Positions 1 through 10,195 of a stretch of 64,000 bases of DNA are shown piece after piece. The position numbers and the translations under genes were made by a program. Below the pieces are notes generated by a model. It saw nothing but the letters and a program-made list of their open reading frames with translations. It did not search any database and had not been told where the DNA came from. The first letter of the stretch is position 1. Each line of letters opens with the position of its first letter. This DNA comes from Candidatus Latescibacterota bacterium (GTDB lineage: Bacteria; Latescibacterota; UBA2968; GCA-2709665): positions 896,001 through 960,000 of the forward strand of contig OZ244744.1 of the NCBI GenBank assembly GCA_965219455.1. The letters are read 5' to 3'.

Positions 1-230
1 GGAGGCCACGCGTCGCGCCGGGCCGCCTGGGCATAGAGCTTGGGATAGATTGAAACCGACGGTATCGTAAACCCCGACTGTTTCACGTACGCCTGCCACC
101 GCTTCGACAGATGGGGCATGAGTTCGTCCATTGAATCGGGGTAATTGTGGACGTCCGCATCTATGAGGGTGACGCCGGGTTTCCGGCCGTTGGTCGTCAA
201 TGCCTCGGATTCGGCGGTCGCCTCGACCAT
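1..230 (-). CDS. Amidohydrolase_2 family protein, N-terminal part (runs off window start)
   Basis: Manual translation from ATG at 230: MVEATAESEALTTNGRKPGVTLIDADVHNYPDSMDEL...; IDADVH metal-binding motif; AGGAG RBS upstream. Confidence 0.7.
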   Translation of the reverse strand, partial: MVEATAESEALTTNGRKPGVTLIDADVHNYPDSMDELMPHLSKRWQAYVKQSGFTIPSVSIYPKLYAQAARRDAWP

Positions 231-310
231 GGAACGCTCCTTTCAACTAACGAACGGTCAGCGTAAATTCGGTACCCTCCATCACAACATCCGCCCTTCT
301 CCCCCTGGAG

Positions 311-1252
311 TCAATTCCCCAGGGGCTCCCACACGGCGCCGAAGATGTCTCTCAATCGCACCACGTCTTCGTCCGGCAGCGGCGGCCCGAGAATGGCTCT
401 CACGTTTGCCTCCAGATGCTCCAGGTTAGCCGTCCCTGTCAGAACCGTGCCCATTGCCGGATGCGACGCCACGTATTTGTACGCGGCTGCCGGCAGAGAA
501 GCCACGTGCCCTTTCACCAGCCAGCCCAGCGGATCGTCGTCCGGCACGGAATCTCGTGCAATCAGGCCTTTCTCCTTTGCATAGGCGATGCGCTCAGCCA
601 ACACGTCCGGCTTGCTCAGTGCCCGGCGTACCGCCACCATACAGATCACACCTACGTTTTTTTCCAGGCACATCGGCAAGACGCGATGCTCCGCCGTGGG
701 ACTGATCATATTGTATCCGACCATTGCCGTGTCAAAATGGTCGTGGGCAAGCGCCATCGGAAACATCTCGTGTCCGGGATCCTGGGAATATGTCTCCGAT
801 ACGCCCAGAAACCGGAATTTTCCCTGCTCCTGGAGCCGTGCCATTACCGGTAGGAAAATTTCCATCGTGCGGGCATAGTCTTCCGGCGTCACGCCGTGGA
901 ACTGCATAATGTCGATGACGTCCACCCTGAGCCGTGCAAGACTCCGATCCACGGAGGCCACCACGTCGTCGGGACTGGAGGTCCATTCATCCCGCGCCAC
1001 CTGCACCTTTGTTGCCAGCACGTAATCCTCCCGTGGCACGCCCGTCAGCGCCCGGCCGAGAATGGCCTCGCTTTCCCCGTACCCCGCAGCGGTATCGAAA
1101 AAATTGACGCCCAGCGCCAGCGCCCTGCGAACCATCCGGCCAACGTCGGCCTCCGGTACGCCGGTGCTCTGTCCGAATTGGCTCGGGCCGCCCGTACCGA
1201 TGCCCAGAACGGAAACTCGAAGCCCGGTTCGCCCGAGCGTGCGGTATTCCAT
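311..1252 (-). CDS. Aldo/keto reductase
   Basis: MEYRTLGRTGLRVSVLGIG, FFDTAAGYGESE, LATK motifs; start moved to ATG 1252 behind GAGGGG. Confidence 0.9.
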   Translation of the reverse strand: MEYRTLGRTGLRVSVLGIGTGGPSQFGQSTGVPEADVGRMVRRALALGVNFFDTAAGYGESEAILGRALTGVPREDYVLATKVQVARDEWTSSPDDVVASVDRSLARLRVDVIDIMQFHGVTPEDYARTMEIFLPVMARLQEQGKFRFLGVSETYSQDPGHEMFPMALAHDHFDTAMVGYNMISPTAEHRVLPMCLEKNVGVICMVAVRRALSKPDVLAERIAYAKEKGLIARDSVPDDDPLGWLVKGHVASLPAAAYKYVASHPAMGTVLTGTANLEHLEANVRAILGPPLPDEDVVRLRDIFGAVWEPLGN

Positions 1253-1763
1253 ACAGGTTCCCCCTCGAATGCGCACGGTTCCGTTTGCCCGGAACTCTGA
1301 CGGCGGATGTAGGCAATGGCAAAGCACGAATCGGAGATTTGCCGCCCACAACCCGGCTCTTCGCTGACGCTTCGAAACCTTTCGGGAGCGATAATTCCTC
1401 CCGAGACCATTGACTATTTATCAAATATGGGACCACCCGTCAAGCGCTTCGGCAAGGGGCGCGCGACTGAAGTTCAGCCCAAACCGACCCGCACGAGTCG
1501 TCAGGATCAACATCGCGCAGGATGGCGGTACCCGGTGCAGGCATCATGCGTTTTCGTTTTCCTGGCGGGTGATCCCTCGCGCGCATTTTCATCTTCCGCG
1601 TTTCATCCCGGCGGTCGAAATTACGCTTGCGAATTCATCTCGCTTTCGAAATACTGATGGGCCAATCATCGGCGCCCATCGATGCCCGGAGGCGCCCGGG
1701 AGCATGTTCACCGGAGCGGAAAGGAACGTCCGCGTCGGGTGCCGCAAACGACAAGGAGCCCAG

Positions 1764-4700
1764 GTGAATCTCTACACACCGGAACAGATCCAGCTTGCCC
1801 GGCAACGCGCGGCGGAGGACCCCGATGCGAAAAAAATTGCCGGGCGTGTCTTTGCCGACGCAGATCCATGGCTGGACCGTGATCAGGATTTCATCCGCGG
1901 ACTGATGCCGGGTCCGGAGATACCGCGCAGCTGGACCATCAACTTCGTCAGCGGCTGTCCCGTCCACGGCGGCGGGCCAAACGGGTACGGCGGGTACGCA
2001 CAGGGCGGGTGGAAACACAATCCCTTCAAGGACAAATGGCGCGTCACGTGCGCCGTGGGCGGCGAATCCTATCCAAGCAACGACTTTGAGGCATTCTACG
2101 AAAACGGAATGGAAGACCGCAGCCTGCTCACCGGCCCTTACGCGGACGACGGATGGGGCTGGCGCGGCGATGACGGGCCCTTTCGCCACTGGTTCATCGC
2201 CTACTGCTGTTGTAGTATCTGGAACGCCGTCACTGCCGGCCTTACCTCCCTTGCGCAGGCTTATCTGCTCAGCGGAGACGGCCGATATGCTCACAAAGCG
2301 CTCGTCATTCTGGACCGTCTCGCCGAGGTCTATCCACACATGGATTACAGCAGGCAATCCATGTACGCCCTGGAATTCTCACCTGGCTATACCGGAAAAA
2401 TGAACGATCTCATTTCCGAATCCGGGACCGTACGCCGGCTTTGCCAGGCCCTGGATGCCGTGGGCGGCTCCATCCCTTACGACCCGGTATTCGGTTCAGA
2501 TCCCGACGGATTTCGACGGAAGCTCGAGGCCGGCATTATCGGGGCGAGCCTCGACGGAATCTACGGGGGCCACGTCCGAAGCAACTACGGCGGACACCAG
2601 GAAGCCCTGCTGATTGCCGCACTCGCCTCAGGAGACCGGAATGAAATCGACAAAGCTGTAGAATGGACAATGAATAACACCGGCGAAGCGACGGAACTCA
2701 AAGAAATGCTCACCCATTTCGACGGGTACCTCTTTCGCGACAAGGCCGCCCATGCGGAAGGGATCAACTTTGCCCTGGACAACCTTATCTTCCGCGAGGG
2801 CATGGGGTGGGAAAGTTCCCCCGGCTACAACAGCGGGTGGGTCACACACCTCACGGTCATCGCTCGCCTATTGGAAGAACTGGGCATAAGGATCTGGGAC
2901 AGGCCAAAGTTCCGGCGCATGTACCGCTGGGCCGCGGAAATGACGTGTCTGGATCACTTTACCCCGAGCATTGGCGACGCCGGAACCGTGGTCGGTGGCC
3001 ATGTTGCCCTCGGAGTCGATACCCTGCGGGCGGCGTACAAAGCCACGGGAGACGCCTTTGTCGGCGAGCTTCTCAGCAGGCAGGAAACCGGCTTCAACAG
3101 CTTCGAGTCCCTGCTGGAAGCGTCGGTTGTGCCCTCAACGCACGAAGATGGCGCCGCCGAACTCAAAGAGATGACGGCCGAAAGCCGGCTTATGGGCGGC
3201 TACGGCCTGGCCCTGTTACGTTCGGGGAGGGGGCGCGAACGTACAGCATTGGCGCTGTATTACGGACGGGCGGCCACCGAACATGCGCATTTCGATCGTC
3301 TCAACATCGAACTCTTCGCGTATGGCCGGAAACTCATCCCGGATCTCGGTTACGGCGAACATGCCGCCGAGGGAGACCGTCCAGCGATATGGACAAAGAA
3401 CACCCTGGCCCACGCCACGGTCGTCGTGGACGGCCGACGGCAGGATACGCAGGGGCCCGGCAGGCTGGAGCAATTCGTGAAGACCAGCGGTCTGACCTGG
3501 GTGCAGGTCGACGCCCCGGAAACCTATAACCATACTTCCGAATACCGGCGGACTATCGCACTCATCGAAATTGGAGAGGACGCCCGCTACGTCCTCGACT
3601 GCTTCCGGGTGGCGGGTGGAACGCAACACGACTACAACCTGCACGGATTTGAAGGTGCGTTTACGGTAGACGATATCGCGCTCACCCCTCCGCAGCGGGA
3701 GGGCACCCTGGCCGGCCGGGATGTTCCCTACGGCGCCATTTACGACGACGACGGCCTCACCGACCCGCTAAGGAAGGGCCGCTCCTATTACACCTACCGG
3801 GGCGGCGGATACTCCTATCTGTACGACGCACGACGCGGGAATCCGACCGCGACGTGGTCTTCCACCTGGCGCGACCTGAAGACCGGCATCGGCCTGAATA
3901 CCACTTTCCTGCCGTCGGACGAAGCTATCGTCGCCCACGGAGATCCTCCCAGAAAGCCGGGCAACCCGAAGCAACTCACCTATGTGCTGCTCCGCAACAC
4001 GGGGGAGGGCGCCGCCAGCCGCTTTGTGGCCGTACATGAGCCCTTTAAAGGTGGCAAGAAGATCCACGCCGTAGACCAACTGGATGCCGACGACGAAGGC
4101 CTCGCGCTAAGGATCAAGCATCTGTACGGCGAAGATACGATCCGCCACGCCCTTGGCCCTTCCGGCAGCAGCCTCGGTATGGTGCGCCAGGATGCTGGGG
4201 GAAAGCTGATTTCCTTACACCAGTCCGGGCCCGGAAGCATCAGCGCCGACGGACATACCCTCAACATACCGAAACCGCTTTGCGGCCGTATTGTAGAAAT
4301 CGATCCGGTATCTTCCACCATTGCCATAGAACGCGATCGTGAGAGCCAGGCCTTCCGCGCGGCGGGCCTCGAGGGTGAAGTCGCCCGTATCGGAAACGCC
4401 CGCCGTGCCACGGCCTACAATATCACCGCCGTGGAAGGAAGGGGCCGGCACTATCGCATCCGCTTCGGCGCCGACAGGTTCCGAATCGGCCGTTTCGTAA
4501 TTACCGGGACCAACCCGGATGGAACGGGCCTGTCCACCGGGACCAACCTGTATATGGCCGCCCAGGGATATTACCGCGGCGCCTGGCTCACGGACAAAGA
4601 CCACACCATATGGCTGCCCGTTGACGACGTCGACCTCGCGCCTCACCGTCCAGGCGCCCGCCGCGATGCAGGCATCCGGCTGGTGGGCAGACACGACCTC

Positions 4701-4847
4701 GCCGCGAGGTTCAGGGTTGGCGAAATAGCCTATCTCTACGACATCGGACCAGGCGACTCCGTAGCCGTCACGCCGACGGCTACGGCCCTCAGGCAAAAGG
4801 ATGGGCGATTTCGAATCCGGGCGAACTGCAGAGCGTTCCTGGACTGA
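1764..4847 (+). CDS. Heparinase II/III-like polysaccharide lyase family protein
   Basis: ESSPGYN, HAHFDRLNIELFAYG...PDLGY, NTLAHATVVVDG motifs; N-terminal C-P-x-H...C...YPSNDF; GTG start after AAGGAG. Confidence 0.75.
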   Translation: MNLYTPEQIQLARQRAAEDPDAKKIAGRVFADADPWLDRDQDFIRGLMPGPEIPRSWTINFVSGCPVHGGGPNGYGGYAQGGWKHNPFKDKWRVTCAVGGESYPSNDFEAFYENGMEDRSLLTGPYADDGWGWRGDDGPFRHWFIAYCCCSIWNAVTAGLTSLAQAYLLSGDGRYAHKALVILDRLAEVYPHMDYSRQSMYALEFSPGYTGKMNDLISESGTVRRLCQALDAVGGSIPYDPVFGSDPDGFRRKLEAGIIGASLDGIYGGHVRSNYGGHQEALLIAALASGDRNEIDKAVEWTMNNTGEATELKEMLTHFDGYLFRDKAAHAEGINFALDNLIFREGMGWESSPGYNSGWVTHLTVIARLLEELGIRIWDRPKFRRMYRWAAEMTCLDHFTPSIGDAGTVVGGHVALGVDTLRAAYKATGDAFVGELLSRQETGFNSFESLLEASVVPSTHEDGAAELKEMTAESRLMGGYGLALLRSGRGRERTALALYYGRAATEHAHFDRLNIELFAYGRKLIPDLGYGEHAAEGDRPAIWTKNTLAHATVVVDGRRQDTQGPGRLEQFVKTSGLTWVQVDAPETYNHTSEYRRTIALIEIGEDARYVLDCFRVAGGTQHDYNLHGFEGAFTVDDIALTPPQREGTLAGRDVPYGAIYDDDGLTDPLRKGRSYYTYRGGGYSYLYDARRGNPTATWSSTWRDLKTGIGLNTTFLPSDEAIVAHGDPPRKPGNPKQLTYVLLRNTGEGAASRFVAVHEPFKGGKKIHAVDQLDADDEGLALRIKHLYGEDTIRHALGPSGSSLGMVRQDAGGKLISLHQSGPGSISADGHTLNIPKPLCGRIVEIDPVSSTIAIERDRESQAFRAAGLEGEVARIGNARRATAYNITAVEGRGRHYRIRFGADRFRIGRFVITGTNPDGTGLSTGTNLYMAAQGYYRGAWLTDKDHTIWLPVDDVDLAPHRPGARRDAGIRLVGRHDLAARFRVGEIAYLYDIGPGDSVAVTPTATALRQKDGRFRIRANCRAFLD

Positions 4848-4867
4848 GTGTCCGCGTCCAAATATCA

Positions 4868-4907
4868 CGCAAAAGGGCGACCCTGTTCTACGGGTCGCCC
4901 TTTTGCG
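4868..4907. terminator. Bidirectional intrinsic terminator between convergent genes
   Basis: CGCAAAAGGGCGACCC-TGTTCTAC-GGGTCGCCCTTTTGCG, perfect 16-bp stem. Confidence 0.85.
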
Positions 4908-4927
4908 TTTGCGGGTTCGAACGCCGG

Positions 4928-5746
4928 TTATCCTGCGTTCTGCAGCGCGGTGAAAAACCGCACGTCCGACCTGGCCAGATCGATTACCGTGTCCACCGGT
5001 TCTCCGCTGTATTCGCTATGAAAACTCAGCGGTCCGTCGAAGTTCACCGCCCTGAACGCGCGCAACAAAGCGGGCCAGTCTCCGAATCCCTCTCCCAGCC
5101 GGACCACCCGTGTGCGCCAGGCTGTCCTGCCATTCTGCAAGAGCGGCTGTCGGATCAGATCCTTGAGCGCCACCACCGACAGATGCGACTTTACGATGTC
5201 CAGCGCCAGTTCAATCGGCTCTCCACAGATGGAAAGGTGTCCCGGATCGGCGAACACACCGATATGCCGGGGATCGAAATCCTTTACCGCATTCATGGCC
5301 GCACAGGCGTTGAGACCCATCGAAAGCCCCGAGTGGTTGTGCACAACGGTCTGAACCTCGTGTTTCTCCGACAGGGCTTGAAAACCCTCGAGATGCCCCC
5401 GCACCGCGTCCAATTCTTTCCAATAATCCATCCCGGCGGCCCAGTGCCAGTACCCCAGCTTGATATGCCTCACGCCCGCTTCGCCACACGCCGCGTACAG
5501 GCGGTCCGCATCATCCATCTCCGGTGTGATGAAGTCGCCGGGCGTGGTTACCAGAGGAATGGAAAGCCCTTCGTCGGAAAACCGCCTTGCCGCTTCCGGC
5601 AGCGCCGTTTCCACATTTCCGGGATGTACCGGATAACCGGGACGCACGCACAGGTCGGCGCCCTCGACACCGACCGATTTCAACGCGGCAATAATGCCGG
5701 GTACGTCCAGACCCTCCAGATGTTTCGTAAACATGATGTATTTCAT
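4928..5746 (-). CDS. Sugar phosphate isomerase/epimerase (xylose isomerase-like TIM barrel)
   Basis: HNHSG, DPGHL, LKD, GEG, HSEY metal-ligand pattern. Confidence 0.8.
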   Translation of the reverse strand: MKYIMFTKHLEGLDVPGIIAALKSVGVEGADLCVRPGYPVHPGNVETALPEAARRFSDEGLSIPLVTTPGDFITPEMDDADRLYAACGEAGVRHIKLGYWHWAAGMDYWKELDAVRGHLEGFQALSEKHEVQTVVHNHSGLSMGLNACAAMNAVKDFDPRHIGVFADPGHLSICGEPIELALDIVKSHLSVVALKDLIRQPLLQNGRTAWRTRVVRLGEGFGDWPALLRAFRAVNFDGPLSFHSEYSGEPVDTVIDLARSDVRFFTALQNAG

Positions 5747-5819
5747 CTCAACTCTCTCCATCTGCAAGCGCCGGTCCGCGGTGAATACCCGCTACGACCG
5801 GCTGGTTGGCTCCGCCCGC

Positions 5820-6830
5820 CTAAATCTGTGACTGATAAATCCGATCCACAAGGTCCATTGTCTTTACCGCATCCTCCAGACACGTCTCCGGCTGTTTCCC
5901 GTCTCTGATACAATCGACAAAGTGCCGGTTGATATCGTACGCACCGAAAGCACGCCAGGCGTCATCACCACCCCCGAGCCGGAACGGATCGAGCACTTCT
6001 ATGGGTTCGTCCTTATTGTCCGCGTACACCCGCCCACCTTCTTCCGGATCCCCGAATACCGAAATCCCCGGTGAATGGATTTCCACGGAAAATATGCGAC
6101 GCCCCGTCATCCAGTTGGTGAGAAGCACGCCCGTTGCCCCGGAACTGAACCTTACCAGCGCCAGGTAAATATTGGTGTGGGTGGCGGCCTCCCGCCGTAC
6201 ATCGCTGGCCACGGATTCCACCTCTCCGCCACAGAGATAGCGAAGTGTGTCCACCGCGTGAATGGCGTCGGACGTGAGGATGTCGATTGCCCCCCGGTAA
6301 TACGGCGCGCCACCCACGGCGTTTTTGTAAAACGTGGCCACGGCGCTGTGGACGGCCCCCCGCTTCTCGCAGAGTTCCTTTCCGTACCGGATTACAGGCG
6401 CGAACCTCCTCTGGAACGTAACACCCGTGAGCACCTTATGCTTCTGTGCGATAAGTGCCATCTGCCGGGTCTGTTCCGTCGTCATCGCGGGGGGTTTTTC
6501 GATAAACAGATGGCAACCCATCTCCATCACGGTTGCCGAGATGTCGTACAGATGATGGGGCGGCATTATGGCGTAAACTGCATCCGGTTTTTCCTTTTCA
6601 ATCATCTTCCTGTAATCCGAATACTGCCGCTGAATGCCGAACCGTTCGGCCGCATCGGCCATCCTTTGGTCGCTCAGTTCCGACACGGCCACCATCTCGA
6701 CGCCCACCAGTGCCTTGAGAGCGGGGTAATGCGCGCTGGTTGCACGACCGCCCGCGCCGATCATCGCCACACGTACGGTTTTCTTCCGCTGGATCTCTTT
6801 TGTATCCGATTTCTTCCCCCGATTCGCCAT
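5820..6830 (-). CDS. Gfo/Idh/MocA family oxidoreductase
   Basis: IGAGG Rossmann motif, EKPPA, DAIHAVD. Confidence 0.9.
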   Translation of the reverse strand: MANRGKKSDTKEIQRKKTVRVAMIGAGGRATSAHYPALKALVGVEMVAVSELSDQRMADAAERFGIQRQYSDYRKMIEKEKPDAVYAIMPPHHLYDISATVMEMGCHLFIEKPPAMTTEQTRQMALIAQKHKVLTGVTFQRRFAPVIRYGKELCEKRGAVHSAVATFYKNAVGGAPYYRGAIDILTSDAIHAVDTLRYLCGGEVESVASDVRREAATHTNIYLALVRFSSGATGVLLTNWMTGRRIFSVEIHSPGISVFGDPEEGGRVYADNKDEPIEVLDPFRLGGGDDAWRAFGAYDINRHFVDCIRDGKQPETCLEDAVKTMDLVDRIYQSQI

Positions 6831-6932
6831 AATCGCCTCCAGTATACCCGTCAGGGTCCGGATTCCAACCCCCCGGCAGCCGGCGGCGCCGGGACGGATG
6901 TTCTGTCTCCGGGAGTCCCCGAGACAGGTAGT

Positions 6933-7886
6933 TTATCGATAAACCGCCTGGATCAACGCCCGCATATACCCCACGACAAACGCGCGTCCCGCCCAGAACG
7001 TGGAATCCGTACTCGGAAAACCGGGTGTATGATCCATCATGAACGGTCCCTCGAAACCCACTTCTTTATAGGTCTGCATCGCCTCGTACATATCCTGATC
7101 CCCCTCGTCTACGAATACCTCCTGAAACTTCCTGGGACCGCCGCGGATATTCCGGAAATGCACGTACACGATCTTGTCCCGGCGGCCGATATCCCGGATG
7201 GCGTCGCATACGTTCTCACCCATCTCCGCGACACAACCCTGGCAGAACAACATGGCGTTGCTGTGGCTGGGGACCATATCGAATATATGATGGTATTGTT
7301 CAAGAGTCGACACGATCCTGGCGGCGCCGGCCAGGGGTTCCGGAATGGGCGGATCGTCCGGATGCAGCGCCATGCGAACGCCGTTCTCTTCCGCTACCGG
7401 AATAACACGTTCCAGGAAATATCGGATATTCTCGAGGATCTTCTCCTCGGAAATGGCCTTGTCGGGGTAGTACGGCGGATCCTCCATCAGCTTCTCGTAG
7501 TCAAACGTACTGTATCTGGCGCCCCCCCTTCCCGGCGGAACGGACGCCGTGCGGAAGTTGCCCGCCGGCTTGAAGTTGTACCCCAACGTGGGAATGCCCA
7601 CCTCGCCCATGCTTCGCAGCAACCCGCACCACGCCTCGATCTTTTCGTCCCGATCCTCGAGCGCCAGGGAAATCTCGTCCCATCCGGTCGCTGCCAGATT
7701 CGTCAGCTTCATCCCGTGGGACTCGGTCAGCGTCTTGAGATCCTTCCAGAAATCCGTGCGGTTCCGGCCCTGACGCACGTCTGGCGGAATCGAGTTCACC
7801 GTTAGGTAGTCGACACCTATCGCCTGGAAAAAACTCAGCGTGTCGCGATTGATCTGATCCCAGGGAAGCTGCTCCTGAATATACAT
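6933..7886 (-). CDS. uxuA: Mannonate dehydratase (UxuA family), paralogue 1
   Basis: YNF, MALHPDDPP, FCQG, VHFRNI, MMDHTP motifs. Confidence 0.8.
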   Translation of the reverse strand: MYIQEQLPWDQINRDTLSFFQAIGVDYLTVNSIPPDVRQGRNRTDFWKDLKTLTESHGMKLTNLAATGWDEISLALEDRDEKIEAWCGLLRSMGEVGIPTLGYNFKPAGNFRTASVPPGRGGARYSTFDYEKLMEDPPYYPDKAISEEKILENIRYFLERVIPVAEENGVRMALHPDDPPIPEPLAGAARIVSTLEQYHHIFDMVPSHSNAMLFCQGCVAEMGENVCDAIRDIGRRDKIVYVHFRNIRGGPRKFQEVFVDEGDQDMYEAMQTYKEVGFEGPFMMDHTPGFPSTDSTFWAGRAFVVGYMRALIQAVYR

Positions 7887-7979
7887 TTCGACAATCCCTC
7901 CGTTTTGAAACATCGAGAAAGGTTGGCGGATCTCACGACCCCGCGGGACAAACCGGAGTAGGCGACCGCATACCCGCCT

Positions 7980-8966
7980 CTACCCGTATACCGTCTGTAT
8001 CAACGCACGGATATAACCCACGGCGTATGCATGCCCCGCCCGTTGCCTTTCGTCTCCATCGATGCGGGGGGTATGGTCCATCATGAACGGCCCGCGAAAT
8101 CCAACCTGTTTGTAGACCTCCATCGCCCGGTGCATATTCACGTCGCCCTCATCCAGAAACACCTCCTGGAAACAGGGCAGGGCCCCCCGCACGTTTCTGA
8201 AATGCACGAATACAATCTTGTTGCGGATTCCCATTTCGCGGATGGTTTCATAGACGTCCACGCCCATTTCAGTCACGCAGCCCTGGCAGAACAGCATCCC
8301 GTTGCTGTCGCCCGGCGCGGCCGCAAAGATCCGGCGGTAATGGTCCAGCGTGGACACAACCTGGGCAACGCCGCCGAGCGGTTCGGGGATGGGCGGGTCA
8401 TCCGGATGCAGCGCCATCCGTACCCCCGCCGCCTCGGCCGCCGGTATCGCCCTTTTCAGAAAATACGCCATATTCTCCCAGATATCCGCCTCGCCCACCG
8501 GAGGATCGCGCGGTTCGGGCCTGTTCCGGGAAAACGCCTGATAATCGAACGTACTGTATAAGGACCCGCCCCGCCCGGGTGGCGCGGACGCGGTGCGGAA
8601 ATTGCCCATCGGCTTGAAATTGTAACCCAGCGCGGGAATGCCCACCTCGCCCATACAACGCAACATCCGACACCACGCTTCGAGCTTATCGTCGCGATCG
8701 GGAAGGCCATACGCGAGTTCATCCCACCCCGCCATAAAGATACTGTTCAACGCCATGCCGTGGACTTCCACCTTTTTTCTTGCGGATTCAAAGAACGGCC
8801 TGCTGTCCCGGCCGTCGCGCAGATCCATCGAAGCATCCGACCTGTGCATCGAGCGTATATCCAGGCAAATCATGTCCGCACCGATAGCCCGTGAAAAACG
8901 CAGCGTTTCATCGTTGAAATTATCCCAGGCGACGTGATCCTGAATCGTCATGTCCGTGGTCCTCAC
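7980..8966 (-). CDS. uxuA: Mannonate dehydratase (UxuA family), paralogue 2
   Basis: Same MALHPDDPP, FCQG, VHFRNV, MMDHTP motifs. Confidence 0.8.
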   Translation of the reverse strand: MRTTDMTIQDHVAWDNFNDETLRFSRAIGADMICLDIRSMHRSDASMDLRDGRDSRPFFESARKKVEVHGMALNSIFMAGWDELAYGLPDRDDKLEAWCRMLRCMGEVGIPALGYNFKPMGNFRTASAPPGRGGSLYSTFDYQAFSRNRPEPRDPPVGEADIWENMAYFLKRAIPAAEAAGVRMALHPDDPPIPEPLGGVAQVVSTLDHYRRIFAAAPGDSNGMLFCQGCVTEMGVDVYETIREMGIRNKIVFVHFRNVRGALPCFQEVFLDEGDVNMHRAMEVYKQVGFRGPFMMDHTPRIDGDERQRAGHAYAVGYIRALIQTVYG

Positions 8967-10105
8967 GGCAATAGCGGCGAAATGCCGAACAACTCCGAAT
9001 CCCCTTCATCCACTTTGCCCATACACATATCGGCAAGCATCTCACCAATCGCGGAAGAAAACTTGAACCCGTGCCCCGAGCACGGCGAGGCGACAATCAC
9101 CTGCTCGTAGTCGGGATGGAAATCCACCAGCCACCTGGAATCCGGAAGATTCGTGTACATGCACACGTGGCTCTCCGTGACAGGCCCCGCCGCGTCCGGT
9201 ATGAATCGTTCCACCAGTGGACGAATCTGAGCCTCGTCATCCGGGGATGTGTGCCGGGCGAGCGTTTCCGGGTCTGCCCCGACGCGCCCGCGGTGCATCC
9301 CCGCCTTGAAGCCGGGACCGAAATCCGGCTGACAATAGAACGAAACACCGTTCTCGCACACCCACGAATTATTCGGACATCGCCCCGGCGCAAACATTCC
9401 CGGGTTCCGTAGCGGACGAAAAAAAAACAGCGTCATCCGCTCGATTTCGACAGGGAGCGCCAGGTCCGCCAGGAGCCGGGAGACCCAGGCCCCCGCGCAG
9501 ACGACCAGCCTGCCCGCCGAAATTTCACCCGACTGCAATTTCACGCGCACCGCGCGTCCGTCGGGCGCCCAGTCCAATACCGGGCAGTTGAAATTAAGTT
9601 CCGCCCCCGCGGCTTCCGCCTGTTTCAGATGCGCGTCTATACACGCCTCCGGGAAAACGGCGCCCGCCCTCGGCTCATAGATTCCCTCCCAGCCGTCTTC
9701 GACCCGGAACATGGGATACCGCCGTCGCACCTCTTCCGCGGAGACTGGCTCGACCGGAATATCAAAGGCCTCGGCGCTTGCCAGAACACCGAGGCGTTCG
9801 TCTCCTCCCGGCGGTCGCATAGACAGGTGGCCGTAGGTCTTGACCAGTTCGGTGCCGCTTTCTTCCTGCAGCGTTTCCCACAGCGCGTAGGCGCGCCGGA
9901 CCAAATCGACGTAAGCCGGCCCGCTGGCATAGGCCTCCCGGATCACCCGCGCATGACCGTGCGACGAACCTTGGGCGTGGGGCGGATGAAACCGGTCGAA
10001 ACCGGCCACCCGCCTTCCGCGCTTTGCCAGATGGTACACGGCCGCACTGCCCATTGCGCCCAGTCCGGCCACAACCACGTCGAACGTCGACCCGCCGTTA
10101 ATCAT
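8963..10105 (-). CDS. solA: N-methyl-L-tryptophan oxidase / monomeric sarcosine oxidase family
   Basis: GLGAMG, GSSHGHARVIREAY, CMYT (covalent FAD Cys), SGHGFKF. Confidence 0.85.
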   Translation of the reverse strand: MINGGSTFDVVVAGLGAMGSAAVYHLAKRGRRVAGFDRFHPPHAQGSSHGHARVIREAYASGPAYVDLVRRAYALWETLQEESGTELVKTYGHLSMRPPGGDERLGVLASAEAFDIPVEPVSAEEVRRRYPMFRVEDGWEGIYEPRAGAVFPEACIDAHLKQAEAAGAELNFNCPVLDWAPDGRAVRVKLQSGEISAGRLVVCAGAWVSRLLADLALPVEIERMTLFFFRPLRNPGMFAPGRCPNNSWVCENGVSFYCQPDFGPGFKAGMHRGRVGADPETLARHTSPDDEAQIRPLVERFIPDAAGPVTESHVCMYTNLPDSRWLVDFHPDYEQVIVASPCSGHGFKFSSAIGEMLADMCMGKVDEGDSELFGISPLLP

Positions 10106-10195
10106 AAAAGGGATAATGTAGCCCGTCCCGGACAAAGTCAAGCGCAGAATGAGAGGAGCGCCGACCGGCGTCTTTTCTTGACTTTCCCGACCCGA

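Noticed and set aside
6075-7805. 576-aa + strand ORF and similar long antisense ORFs (e.g. 9629-10912, 25471-26502, 36562-37644)
   Set aside because: They are shadow ORFs opposite well-supported genes in GC-rich DNA, with no recognisable motifs.
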